Below are positions 12,951 to 23,963 of a stretch of DNA of 64,000 nt, piece after piece. The position numbers and the translations under genes are program-made. The stretch's first letter is position 1; each line of letters begins with the position of its first letter. Under the pieces are notes generated by a model. That model made no database searches and was not told the origin of the DNA. It saw only the letters and a program-made list of their open reading frames with translations. The stretch is from Lama glama (Eukaryota): contig CM052817.1 in the NCBI GenBank assembly GCA_028534125.1, positions 23,376,001 to 23,440,000 on the forward strand. The letters run 5' to 3'.

Positions 12951-13878
12951 ACTCCTTAGACAGCAACATGGTACTTTTTTATTCTGTCCTTGAAGTTCCC
13001 CTTCCCCCTTCCTTGAGTACCTTAGTTGCTTTGCATTGCTTATTAAAGGCAAAAACTTAGTGTGCCCAGTTTGACTATCTCTAATCCTGTCCTTGCCCAT
13101 GAGTTTACATGCTGAGTCAGCACTGTTGCCTTTACAGAATCAAAGAATCTTTGGCTACCACTCTGATTTCTAGCACCTTGACTGAACTACCCAGGAACCC
13201 GTCTTTCCCCTGGGCTCTTCCCTTGCTTCAAGCAATGAAAGTCTCTTCTAACACTCACTCTAGTGTTTTGACTTGATTTCTTAGCCAGAATGGGAAGTGA
13301 ATGATATGAACATGCATGCAAACACAAGATGGACTAGCTCAGACTCTGTGCATCCAAGGAGATTAAGTACAAAAACTCTACAGACCTTCTTTCAATACAA
13401 GATGTGGATCCGTCTCTTCTTTCTCCATAGCTTTCTCATTTTTCATTCTTCTATGGAACAGGGAAGTCATGTTATTACTGTATTACTGGACATAGAACAG
13501 TCTTCTCAGGAGAATTTAAAAAGGTCACAAGGCGATGATTAAAGTTTATACTCACCAGTCATTTCCCAAACGATGGTCTTCCATAGTGGATAACTGAGCC
13601 TAAGACACTATGCTTTACACCATTTGTCTCTACACTCTGGACTATGGCTGAGTGAATCCAAAACACAGGGCTGGGGTCAAGCCAACCACCTGTGGGCTAG
13701 CCAAAGACCTAAAGTGACTGAGAGAAGAACCCTGTTCAACTGTGGTCACATTGAATAACAGATAGCAACTTTAAACTGATACTTTCATTTTGGGAAGATT
13801 GAAAGTGAACAAAGCAATTTTTTTTTCCCCAAAGAGGGATGATACAGAAATAACACGTGATATTTTTTTCACTTGCAT

Positions 13879-14448
13879 TGTTACCAGGAGGAGAGAAATA
13901 AGAATTACCTCGGTTCTTAGTCACCCGATAAAAAAAGGATTTTTAATGAGAGACAGAAAGTGTGATATCAACAAGATTTTATTAGTAAAGTAAAAAGGTA
14001 GTAAAATACAGTACACCCCCAAGAACTGGGAGCAGGCCAATCCGAGAGAGGAAAAATGATGCCACTGCTGTTTTTCCTGTATTTATATCCTGGCTTAGAG
14101 GCGTTTTTCCTGATCGATTGATTTGCGGCTCAGGTTCTTTGAGTGCTCAGGCATGCCCATCCCTTTCTGGGCAAGTTCTTACCCATGAAGCACAGAGAAA
14201 CCAATAGGAGGGTCTCAAACTGCAATGTTAATTACATTACAGTGGGCATTGGGTCAGGTTAAGCCGGGTCCTTCTCTCTATTGCGCGGCTGCAGCGTTGG
14301 GTCCCAGCTGGCTTCTTCGCTGTCCCTCATTGAGAGAAAGGTTTTGGAGCCCCTCATCCTGAGTGCAGACGTACTGTTATTTTATGGGTTGCTCCTTTAC
14401 ACTTCCTCTCCCCCTGCCCGGTGCTCATTTCTATCTAACTACCTAACA
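13879..14448 (-). mobile_element. ERV1-class solo LTR (570 bp)
   Basis: TGTTA...TAACA inverted termini, 4-bp TSD gcat (13875-13878 and 14449-14452), and AATAAA on the minus strand near 13980. Confidence 0.9.
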
Positions 14449-14484
14449 GCATGAATAAAATATTCTGCATTTTTTATCTTTGTA

Positions 14485-14626
14485 AAAGTCCTATTAAACT
14501 TTTAAATGCTAGATTCAACTATAGGTGATCCTGATTCAACTGGTCTTGGGTTCTAGGAACCTGCATATTTAGGAAGCAGCTCTAAAGATAAAGAAATTTG
14601 AATGGAATGTTTGAAAAACACTGCTG
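14485..14626. mobile_element. MER5-like hAT-Charlie MITE fragment
   Basis: ctgattcaactggtcttgggttctaggaacctgcatattt...gtttgaaaaacactg resembles MER5. Confidence 0.55.
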
Positions 14627-14669
14627 TGGCATAAACAATAGGTTTCCAATAAGGCTTTGCTGTGACTGT

Positions 14670-17600
14670 TAGAAATAGGGACGTTAGAGATGGCACCAGC
14701 AGTGGCAGCACAGCTGGAGCTACAGCCCATGGGGAGCAGCAGCATTGATCAGGATTGTATTAGCAGCAGCAGCAGAGAGAGGGATAAGGATGTGGAGCAA
14801 AGGGAGGGTGCCATAGTGGGGAAGCAGTTCCAACATAGTGTCAGCAGGTATGACTTCTCTGCCTCCTTCACGAGGCTCCCGGTGAAGTGAGACAAACCAC
14901 TATCAGGATCCCTGCCCAGAATGATGAGAAAATCCTGCGAAAGAATACCAGAAAAGTATATGCGAGGTCTCTGAGGTATCACCAGCCAAATATTTCTACA
15001 GTTAAAAAAAATTAGTCCTGCTTTCAGACAGGTACTGACTTCATTTCTTGCATAAAGAGATTGCAAACAAACCATGTGAAGCTGGTTGGCACTCTCTGGA
15101 GTCATAAAACCCCCACTCCTGGGCCCTCTGTGTGCCTGAAGCCATTGACAACTTAACCCCCACTCCTTGCTGCAGGACCCTCTGCATATCTGCATTTCTG
15201 CAGGGAAAAGAAAGAAAACAAAACCCTCTTGATGGTGCATTTACCCTAACAAAACTCATCGCCCCAGGAGGTAGCCTCTTTCACAATACCCTAGGTGGAC
15301 AGGTCTCACATCCTGCCCTTATCAAAGTCGTAAATCCTGTTGTTCAGAGAAGTCCCTGACAGCCAGTCAGGAACTGATCATGCAGCCCCTACTCCTTGTG
15401 TGCACAGCCCCCTCCCCCTAATGAAAGACCCTGCACATTCGCCCCGGCGCTCACGCGCCTCTTGACTGCGTGGCCTGCTGTTGCCTATAGCAGCCTATCT
15501 ATTAAACTTTACTAAACTGTTCTGTCTCTGGTAATTCTTTACCAACCCACGTCACCAGCCCGCCACATCATGCCCACAACAGTCCACAATATGAAGAACA
15601 CAATCTTATGATACAGCAAGTTTGAGCCAAAAACAATTGTAGCAGAAAATTTTAAACATTATTATTTGTTGTTAAACAATCACAGAAAAGGATGAGAAAA
15701 AGTGGTATTCGTGAGGGCAGCAAAAGCTTGCACTATGTAACTGATGAAGAGTCCTGGAAAATACAGTAAGAATTTGACAGTGTAGAAGAGCTTCAGGCCA
15801 ATAGCTTTAGAAGTGTTTGGACAGTTTGGATAGTCAATCAGAAAAACTCAGTTTTGGTTTTCCTCAACGTGGGTTGAAATTTATGGTTACCCTTCCGGGT
15901 TTTCTGCATGCTTGGTTGTATCAATACATTAAAGAGGAGACTGGATCCTAATATACCACATACAGATTTATACATGATTTATGAAAACGAAATATAGAAA
16001 ATTAATGTCATAATTTTAGCTGAATTTGAACTTCAATATAACGAGGTTCTGAATTTGAGCCTAAGTATAGTAAAAATTCACAAGCAGGCAAACTGATAAT
16101 ATCATAATACCATAGCTAATAAATGATTAATTACCATAATGACCCTCCACTCAATTACACGCACAGCTTCAGGTACAGGATTCTACTCCTGTCTCATATG
16201 GCTGTGATGAAATAGCCTTAGATTCTTGAAAAATATCAACAATCTATGCTTAAAACAATACCACATACTATTTTAAGAAAGTAAATAATCTGTCGAAAAA
16301 TAAAAATGGCCTAGATTTGAGAAGAAAGAGAGTCTTTCGTTCCAAACTTGGTGTCCCCAGAGACTTTATGCATCTTTCTTGGGAGGCCAGTCACGGGTTT
16401 TAGCAATTTGAATCTCCATTTTTCAGCTCCCACTTGTTGAAGAGGATGGTTTACATGTATTCCATTAATAAACTACAACATTACAACTATCCAGGATTAA
16501 CTGTGTTTTAAGGAATCAGATCATCACAGTCTACTGGCTTTTTTTGAAGATGAAAAATACAAATAGTTATGACCATAATTGAGAAACTTTCTTTTGTGAC
16601 TATCGACAGATGCTAGTAAAGAAGAAAATACCACAGTAGATTCCTAGACGCAGGATTGGTTAAAGCTCTTAAGGCAGGCAGTGATAGACATTTAAGGTGG
16701 ATCAACCTGTGTGCAATATAGAGAAGCAGCCAGGACAAACTGGGCAAGTCAATACCAAGAACAGGACAAACATGAGGTTGGCAACAGAATCCTAAGAATA
16801 CAAGCAAACTACTAAATCAAAAAGGAAAATTTAGAATAGTACCCATGCCATGGTTCCAATAAAACAGGAGCTGCAGAATGAAGCCAGTGGGGTTACTGAG
16901 AGTGAAACTGCAGAAAACAAAGATGAATAAATGTCAGGCAAAGACAGTGATTTTGCAAAAGAAAAGGAGAAGGAGTTCCAACATGAAAATGATGATGGTG
17001 GTAGCAGATGATGTAGAGCAAGATGAAAATGAATCAAAGACCATGCAACAGAGTGGCAAGAAGTGCTGGAAAGTGTACAAGGGAAGAAGAGAGCTTTACT
17101 TACTAAAAGTCAAATCAAAGCTAACTCACCCTGGCTGTAGTCTGCACTTACCTAAGAAACATGAGAATGGAGGTAGCTATACATCAGTTAGGAGGGAGCA
17201 GATTAGTACCTGGGCTGTGTCAGGTCACAAAATAAAGAAGAGGTAGAGCAAGAGCTTCCAGGAAAACCTGGAAGTTGTCAATATAGAGAATCACACAGTG
17301 AGATACAGGGGTGTGGACACCTGGGCGAGAATGAGTCCTTTGAAAATAGCTCTCAGAAAGAAAAATGACGGTTACATGCATTTAAAATTTTTGCTATTTG
17401 GAAAGTGTATAATAACCTAGAGACAGCGCAGAATTGATGATGATGAAGTCTTTTGTTTCTTCAGTAAAAATGTTTACACCAAGTAGATTAGGCAGTGGAC
17501 GTGTCCTTGTGAAATCTGAAAAATACTTAAGCTTGAAAAAGCTTTTCAAGTGAGTTATGGTGTTCTTATTTGATCTTCAAATGATGAAAAAAGTATTTTA

Positions 17601-18135
17601 GAAATATCCAGAAATATGGCCTATTGTCTGAATAACTTACGGTCCCCATAAAGTGAGAATAATAAAAGCAATCTACAAATATAAAAAGTAATTTAAAAAT
17701 CTACAAAAAATAAAAAGCAATCTACAAAGGAGCAACTATTTGCATTCTGCTTTGTTTTAGCAAAGTTTAAGATACATAACTCGACAATCTTTTCTCTAAC
17801 ATCTGCTCTATTTTTAATTTCTTCATAAGCTTTGTTATTTGTTGTTTCTTATCTGGCAGAATCTTCATAACAAGAATTTGTATGGCAGGTCCATTCATAG
17901 TTTCACATTTTTTAAAGCTATCATGGTCATAAACTAGCCTTCCCTCATATTTTACATAGTACTGCATTTTGGAATTTTCCTTTTTTTAATTGCCTACAGT
18001 TGCATAAAAAAATCATGAGAAGAATTCTTAATAAAGTCAAAAAGCTTACTTTTCTGCAGATCGATGCAAGCTCTACTTTTTATAAGCTAAATCTATAAAT
18101 GATTATAAGACAATATGTTATTATACCTTTAAAAA
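14670..18135 (+). pseudogene. SEC63: Processed (retrotransposed) pseudogene of SEC63, the ER translocon J-domain subunit. 5'UTR ~14670-14812, decayed CDS ~14813-17370 (interrupted by the LTR at 15075-15581), 3'UTR to at least 18135
   Basis: Hand translation gives colinear, intron-free matches to SEC63 as I recall it. 14813 gccATAgtggggaagcagttccaa = (M>I)VGKQFQH vs MAGQQFQY. ~14915 QNDEKILRKNTRKVYAR vs QNAEQIRLKNIRKVYGR. ~15740 TDEESWKIQ*EF...WIVNQKNSVLVFL vs TDEESRKNWEEF...WIVDQKNSILVLL. ~16138 NDPPLNYTHSFRYRILLLSHMA vs NEPPLTCPYSLKARVLLLSHLA. 16510 KESDHHSLLAFFEDEKY vs KESDRHTLLHFLEDEKY. ~17040 DHATEWQEVLESVQGKKRALL then KSKLTHP vs DDEAEWQELQQSIQRKERALLETKSKITHP. ~17258 PGKPGSCQY vs PGKPGNYQY. 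The start codon is lost and there are many stops and frameshifts. Outer boundaries are approximate. Confidence 0.93.
15075..15581 (+). mobile_element. ERVL-class solo LTR (MER74/MER54/LTR53-like) inserted in the SEC63 pseudogene
   Basis: TG...CA termini. SEC63 homology stops at 15074 and resumes at ~15582. Degenerate 5-bp TSD aacca/gtcca. ATTAAA at 15501-15506 is followed by ggtaattctttaccaacccacgtcaccagcc, which resembles the U5 of that LTR group. Confidence 0.75.
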
Positions 18136-20368
18136 TTTTTATATGATTTTATTTTTTATTGAAGTATAGTTGATTTAAAATATATTAGCTTCAGCTGCAC
18201 AGCATAGACATTCTGTGTTTTAAAGATTATACTCCACTTTAAAGTTACTATAAGATATTGGCTATAGTCCCTGTGCTCTACAGTGCATCTTTGTAGCTTA
18301 TTTATTTTGTACATAGTACCTTGTACCTCTTAATCCCCTAACCCTGTCTTGCCTCTCCCCTCTTTCTCTCTACTGCTAACCACTAGTTTGTTCTCCTGAT
18401 CTGTAAGTCTGTTTCTTTTTTGTTATATCCATTCCTTTGTTTTATTTTTTAGATTCCACATATAAAGTGTTAACATCAGAGTTTGTCTTTCTCTGTCTTG
18501 GCTCACTAAGAATAATCTCCTCCAGGTCCATCCATGTTGTTTCAAATAGGAAAATTTCTTGCTGCCTTGAGAACTCTCTATCTTTAAATTTTGCCATTTT
18601 AATTATGATATTTCCTGATGTGGCTCTCTTTAGATTTATCTTGTTTGATCTATGCTCCTATACTTGGATGTCAGTTTCCTTCTTCAGATTCGGGAAGTTT
18701 TCAGCCACAATTTCATCAAATATATTTTTGACCCCTATCTGTCTGTCCTCTTCTGGGACCCTTTTAATGTGAGTGTCAGTACACTGATATTATCTAAAAG
18801 GTCCCTTAAACTGTCCTCATTTTTTCATTTGCTTTTTCTTTTTTGCTGTTCTGATTGGGTGATTATTATTCCATCTTTCAGATCAGCTCTGTGTTCGTCC
18901 TTATCACCTAGTCTGCTCCTAATTCCTTCTGATGTGCATTTCATTTCAGTTGTTGTATTCTTCAGCTCTGACTGTCCGGCTGGTTCTTTTCAGATTTTCT
19001 ATATCTTTGCTAAAATTCTCATTGTGTTCATCTATTCTTTTCCAAAGTTCAAATGGCATTCTTATTACCAATACTTGGATCTGGTAAATTATTTTTGTTT
19101 CATTAGTTGTTTTTTCAGGGTTTTTTTTTTTTTCTTCTCTTTCCCCTCCCCCACCCCTCCCCTTCCCCCTCCCCCTCCTTCTCCTTCTCCTTCTCCTTCT
19201 TCTTCTTCCTTTTAAAATAAATTCCTCTGTCTTCTCATTTTGTTTAACTTTCTCTGTCTCTGTGAAATAAGATGATACAGTTACTGATCCTGATCTTGAA
19301 GGAGTATCCTTGTGTCGGAGCCTCCCTGTGCAGTCTGCGTGTGTCCGGTGTGTGTGTTGGGAGAGCTGGATCTGAAGTGAGCACAGGTCACACCTTCCCC
19401 CAGGGTGAGCTGTCAGCGTTATCTTGGTGGGAGGTGGGGCTGGAGATGAAAGGGCTAGAGTCACAACCAGGTGTGAGCGAGGACTTCTGTGTTCAGTGGT
19501 TGTCACCAAGGTGCTGAAGCAGATGCCCTGATGGTCAGATCCCAGCTGATTCTGTTCCCTCTAAGTGTGCACTCTCTCCCAACAATGAGGGTGTCTTCAC
19601 CCCACAGGAGAGCAGTGCTGGAGCAAGAGGGGCTGGAGTGGGTGCCCACTGCAGGCTGGGGTGTGCCCTGGGATGGTCCATGCCAGGCAGGGATTGAGAG
19701 CTCCTGACCTATGGCCTCCCGAGCTCCAACAATGGCTGCCCTCATCCCATTCAGCTGCAGTGCTAGTCCTTCTCCCCCAGGTGCACACTCTCCTTGGTAA
19801 CAGCAACCTTTGCTCTAGGGGGGAGCTATTCTGGAGCTAGAGGGGCCAGAGCAGGTACTCAAGATGAGACTGGGCATGCACTGTGTCAGCTGTGGGAGAC
19901 CAGCCAGATCCCCTGGCAGTTTCAGTCCGTTTCCTCCGTCTTGTTCCTGAGAGTAAGTAAGCATATATGACTCTTTATGAGCAGCGTCTTGGTTTCTTCC
20001 AGCCCTCCTGTAAGTCTCGCTGGTTTTCAAGCCAGCTGAGGGGACTTGTTTTCCCATTGGAGAACCCTAGGGTTGGGGTGCCCAATATGTGGTTTGAACT
20101 GATCGCTTCCCAGGGAGAATTTCCAAAACCATGATATCCCCTCCTCTTCTGTGTCCCCTCTTAGGGGAATTGGTCCTGACCTGATTGCTTTTCTTCCCTT
20201 CCTACTCAACTCCATGGGGATCTTTCCTTACAGCCTTGGTTGTCAAAGAGTATTTCTGCCAGCCTCCAGTTTGTTTTCAATGAAAATTGCTCCACATGTA
20301 GATGTATTTTTGATGTGTTCCTGGGGGAACATGAGCCCTCCTACTCAGCCATCTTCATCTCCTCTCCC
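18136..20368 (-). mobile_element. Internally deleted L1: 5'UTR plus 5' part of ORF1, fused to the last codons of ORF2, then 3'UTR and poly(A)
   Basis: The 5' end reads gggagaggagatgaagatggctgagtagg. ORF1 ATG is at 19238 (MRRQRNLF; KNPEKTTNET...KRIDEHNENFSKDIENLK). At ~18558 it joins ORF2 C-terminal EIFLFETTWMDLEEIILSE. The 3'UTR ends in aactatacttcaataaaaaa. TSD attatacctttaaaaa (18120-18135) / attatactttaaaaa (20369-20383). Confidence 0.88.
19119..19213. repeat. Poly-T / (CCCCT)n / (TCTCCT)n-(TTC)n low-complexity expansion within L1 ORF1
   Basis: Directly visible. It produces the spurious poly-R and poly-P/S stretches in the ORF track. Confidence 0.9.
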
Positions 20369-20630
20369 ATTATACTTTAAAAAAAAATGTACATTATAAA
20401 AGCTGAAAAATACTATTAGCTTATAATGTGTGTCATTTTCAGAAACCCTTTCAAAGAAAACTACAACATACAAAAGAAACTTTTTTAAGTTTGGCATTCA
20501 TTTTGAATTCCTCTCCAAAAATAGAAATTTGCCTTAAATTGTATTTATAATGGCATCTCGTGCTCCCAAAGAAATAATGTAAATAGGAAAATCAATTATA
20601 CTATTTTTCCAATTGAAAGATTTATAACAT

Positions 20631-21199
20631 TGTATTAGTAAGGGTTCTCCAGAGAAGCAGAACCATGAAAGTATGTGTGTGTATGTGTGTATAAATATAA
20701 GAAGAGATTTATTATAAGGATTTAAAACCCATGACTATGGAAGCTGGCAAATGTCAAGGTCTGCAGGGTGAATTGGCAAGCTGGAGATCCAGGATGGTCA
20801 CTGGTTTGATTCCAGACCAAGTTCAAATGCTGGAGACCAGGAGAGATAATATTGCTGTTTCAGTCTAAAGACTAGAAATCATGAGACTTGGAAAGAGCTA
20901 ATGTTCCAGTTTGGTCCAGAGGCAAGGAAAAAAGCCAGCGTCCCAGTTCAAAGGCCATAGAGAAAAAAGAATTCTCTCTTACTTTGGGGGGACAGGCAGT
21001 CTTTTTGCTTTATTTAGGCTTTGAACTGACTGGATGAGGCCCACCCAGCATTAAGGAGGGCAATTTGCTTTAGTCAGTCGACAGACTGAAATGTTAATTT
21101 AATCTAAAAACACCCTCACAAAGAATCTGGAATTATGTTTGACCAAATATCTGAAACCCCACGGTCCAGTCAAGTTGATATATAAAATTAACCATCACA
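20631..21199 (-). mobile_element. MLT2 (ERVL) solo LTR
   Basis: tgtattagtaagggttctccagagaagcagaacca...gtccagtcaagttgatatataaaattaaccatcaca are the characteristic MLT2 termini, with an internal (TG)n. Confidence 0.9.
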
Positions 21200-22759
21200 G
21201 ACTGTAACATAACTACACTAGTGTTTCTATGTGCAACAGAAAACACTTGAGCAGGAGAGGTTGTCACAATGCAGTCTTTAAAGATGATGGTTGTAGAAAG
21301 TACTCATGCAAATGAGTCACTGACGTAAGATTAATTATTTATGAGTTAATCTTGAGAAACCATAGATCTACAATATTTTGGAATTGACTGTGATACATTG
21401 ATTCATAGGAACCTTATGATTTTGTCTTATCAAAACCGCATAGGTGAAAGTACTGTACTAGAGTACAAATTTGTGACCTTGTTTACCTAACATTTGGACA
21501 TTTTACATTCAAATTTGCCATTAAATTTTTTACTGAAGTAGCTAAAAATACAATTCAAATAGGAAAAAAAGTTTTGTGAAAATGATTTCAAATAAGAAAA
21601 AAAAGATAATAAATTGCAACTTTTTAAAAAAACTGAAAAATACCTCCAAATCATATGATCCAGATAATAGTATGACATTTTTCTTAATTCACTTTTCAGC
21701 ACACTTATATAATAAATTTTTCTTATATTTTAATTGTATTTCTTATTGCCTAAACTAAAAGTAGTACTATTTTGTATTATATTTCCCCACATTTGAGAAA
21801 CTTACAGTTATTATTTATGCAGATATTCTCATAAATCTTATGCTTTCTGTTCTCATCTTGATACATTTAACATTCCTTCCAATCTTTACAATCTAGTCAA
21901 ATAGATTATTACTACTGAAATAGATGAAGTTTCTATTGAATAGATGAAATTTCTATTGAAATTGGCTACATTTCTCTTTTAAAATAAGCTTTTTAAACTA
22001 TAAAAAAAAATGATTTTCCTTAAGTGAACAAACAATTTCACACTTCCACTATTATGGTAGACTTTTTTCTTTTCTTTAAAAGGAAAATGAAATTTAGGAT
22101 AAAACTTACATTTAAAAAAGGAGACATTGGATTCCTAGACATAGTTCATAATATTTAACCCCCGGATTCGAATGATTAGGCTTACAGTCTCTTTCCATTC
22201 TGTCTAATCTAAACATAAAAGACGTATTTTGCCTTGAGTAAAAATGAAAGTGAGACTTTTGCTATAGAATGACAATTATTTTCTATTATGTGTCATGTAC
22301 TTTAAACAGCAAATTCATCCTTCTGTCTCTGGGCATAAATAAACAAGATAATCACACACTATTAAAAAGCAATAAATTCTTCCTGTGTTCAAGTTGAAGG
22401 GAAGTTTATTGTTAAATAGATGACAAGGGAGTTAGAATTAGAATTACATCGTGGAAAAAGTCCATGATTTACAAACAAAAAACATCAATGTAATTGTAAT
22501 GATTGATTTAAGTTAATAAGTGAGGCTCACATTTAAATACAAACACTGTGTTTATATTTGCCATGGGACTTGATATTATGAAGATATAATAAATTCTGTC
22601 ATTGGATCACAAGTTTTCTGAGCAATTTACTAAGAAGTCCGGTCTCTTTGCAGTTCATTTTTAGATATGTAAACAAATGGTTAGGGAAGATTCCAGTCTT
22701 AAAAAGAGAACATAATTACCAACAACACCTTTTGATGTAAACATTTTATATATTTATTT

Positions 22760-22920
22760 ACTTAATGTTCATAAAAATCTAATTTATAGGCATAATTATT
22801 ATCTCTTCATGATACAAATACTGAGTCATAGAGAAGTTAAGTGACATAAACAGAAGGTGTCAAGCTAGGATTTAAACTTTGTTTCCAGACCCCACACCCT
22901 CAGAATTCTCACCACACTCC
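22760..22920 (-). mobile_element. MIR fragment
   Basis: actgagtcatagagaagttaagtgac...tcaagctaggatttaaac. Confidence 0.6.
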
Positions 22921-23169
22921 TTCATTGTATAATAATTTTGAAAATTAATAGTAGTATGAGCACAAAGATGTCTTCACAGCAACATTAACTCATGATAAGG
23001 CTACTAATATGTGATTTTTCATTTTTAGCATTCATAACTTGGATGTATTCACCAATTATACTTAATTGCTTAACATGGTTGATAATTCTCTGTTTTAAAA
23101 TTGTGAAATGGAAGGGGGGCATTCAAGGATCATAAATTCAGTCTCACTTTTCACTGTTGGGTTATTTAA

Positions 23170-23660
23170 ATTTATTCATTTGCAAATGCATTGATTGTGC
23201 TAGTCACTGGATATATACCAGTAATGAGGAGAAAAAACTGTTGTCTTTATGGATCTTAAATTATGATGGTAAAGTCAGAAAAAAAAAGTAAACCTACAGT
23301 GATTCTTCTACAAAGAAGAAAACTACAGATTTTAATAGATTCCTTTGCAGACTGGTTAAAGGGTGATGTGATAGAATACACAAGGGGAGGATCCTAATTT
23401 CAACAGAGTAATTTACCTGTGAACGTTCGGCATGCAAGCTGAGACCCACCCCGTTCCCCTAGGTTAAATGTGGCAGGAAGTATAGAGACATACTCCAGTT
23501 AGAAGAAACAAGCGAAAGGCCCACAGCTGAGAAATAGTTGGATATGGTCAAAAAACAGAGACCGGAATATATGCAAGACGATGGGATATGGAAACAATGC
23601 TATCAAATGTGATTATAGAAGTAATTGGAATAGGAGTATGGATACGTATTAGAAGAGCTT
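23170..23660 (-). mobile_element. L2 fragment
   Basis: tttattcatttgcaaatgcattgattgtgctagtcactgg...aagctgagacc matches the L2 reverse strand. Confidence 0.6.
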
Positions 23661-23841
23661 AGCATGTATTTGCTGGAAAAGTCTGCCCTATTCACAATAA
23701 AGATTTCCTCTCAATTCCTTGATTTTGGATCTGGTCTCCCAGAACCAACTGAATGACTCACTGTGAACTTTTCATATTTACAAATTATATTTATCACCAT
23801 ATTTCATCTATTGTTACTTTATTATGCATATAATTTCTTTT

Positions 23842-23963
23842 TTTTGTTTGTTTTTGTTTTTGTTTTTGTTTTTGTTTTTGTTTTAATGGAGGTACTGGGG
23901 ATTGAACCCAGGACCTCGTGCATGCCGAGCACATGATCCACCACTGAGCTACCCCCTCCCCCC
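23842..23963 (-). mobile_element. tRNA-Ala-derived SINE (vic-1-like), short form, young
   Basis: Reverse complement reads ggggggagggggtagctcagtggtggatcatgtgctcggcatgcacgaggtcctgggttcaatccccagtacctcc followed by an (AAAAAC)n tail. Perfect 17-bp TSD tgcatataatttctttt at 23825-23841 and 23964-23980. Confidence 0.92.

Noticed and set aside
15015..15585. LTR starting at 15019 with a perfect gtcc TSD
   Set aside because: 15011-15074 still aligns to SEC63 (LVLL...), so the gtcc match is coincidental. The real boundary is 15075.
16878..17246. 122-aa ORF as a functional gene
   Set aside because: It drifts between frames of the decayed SEC63 CDS. Only short pieces such as KSKLTHP are in the SEC63 frame.
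17767..17967. Minus-strand 66-aa ORF that looks protein-like (MQYYVKYEG...)
   Set aside because: It lies antisense within the SEC63-derived 3'UTR. All three frames from the nearby candidate splice acceptor hit early stops. Chance ORF.
18652..19509. Two 187-aa ORFs, the longest in the window
   Set aside because: They are L1 5'UTR/ORF1 remnant and its antisense, inflated by a simple-repeat expansion.
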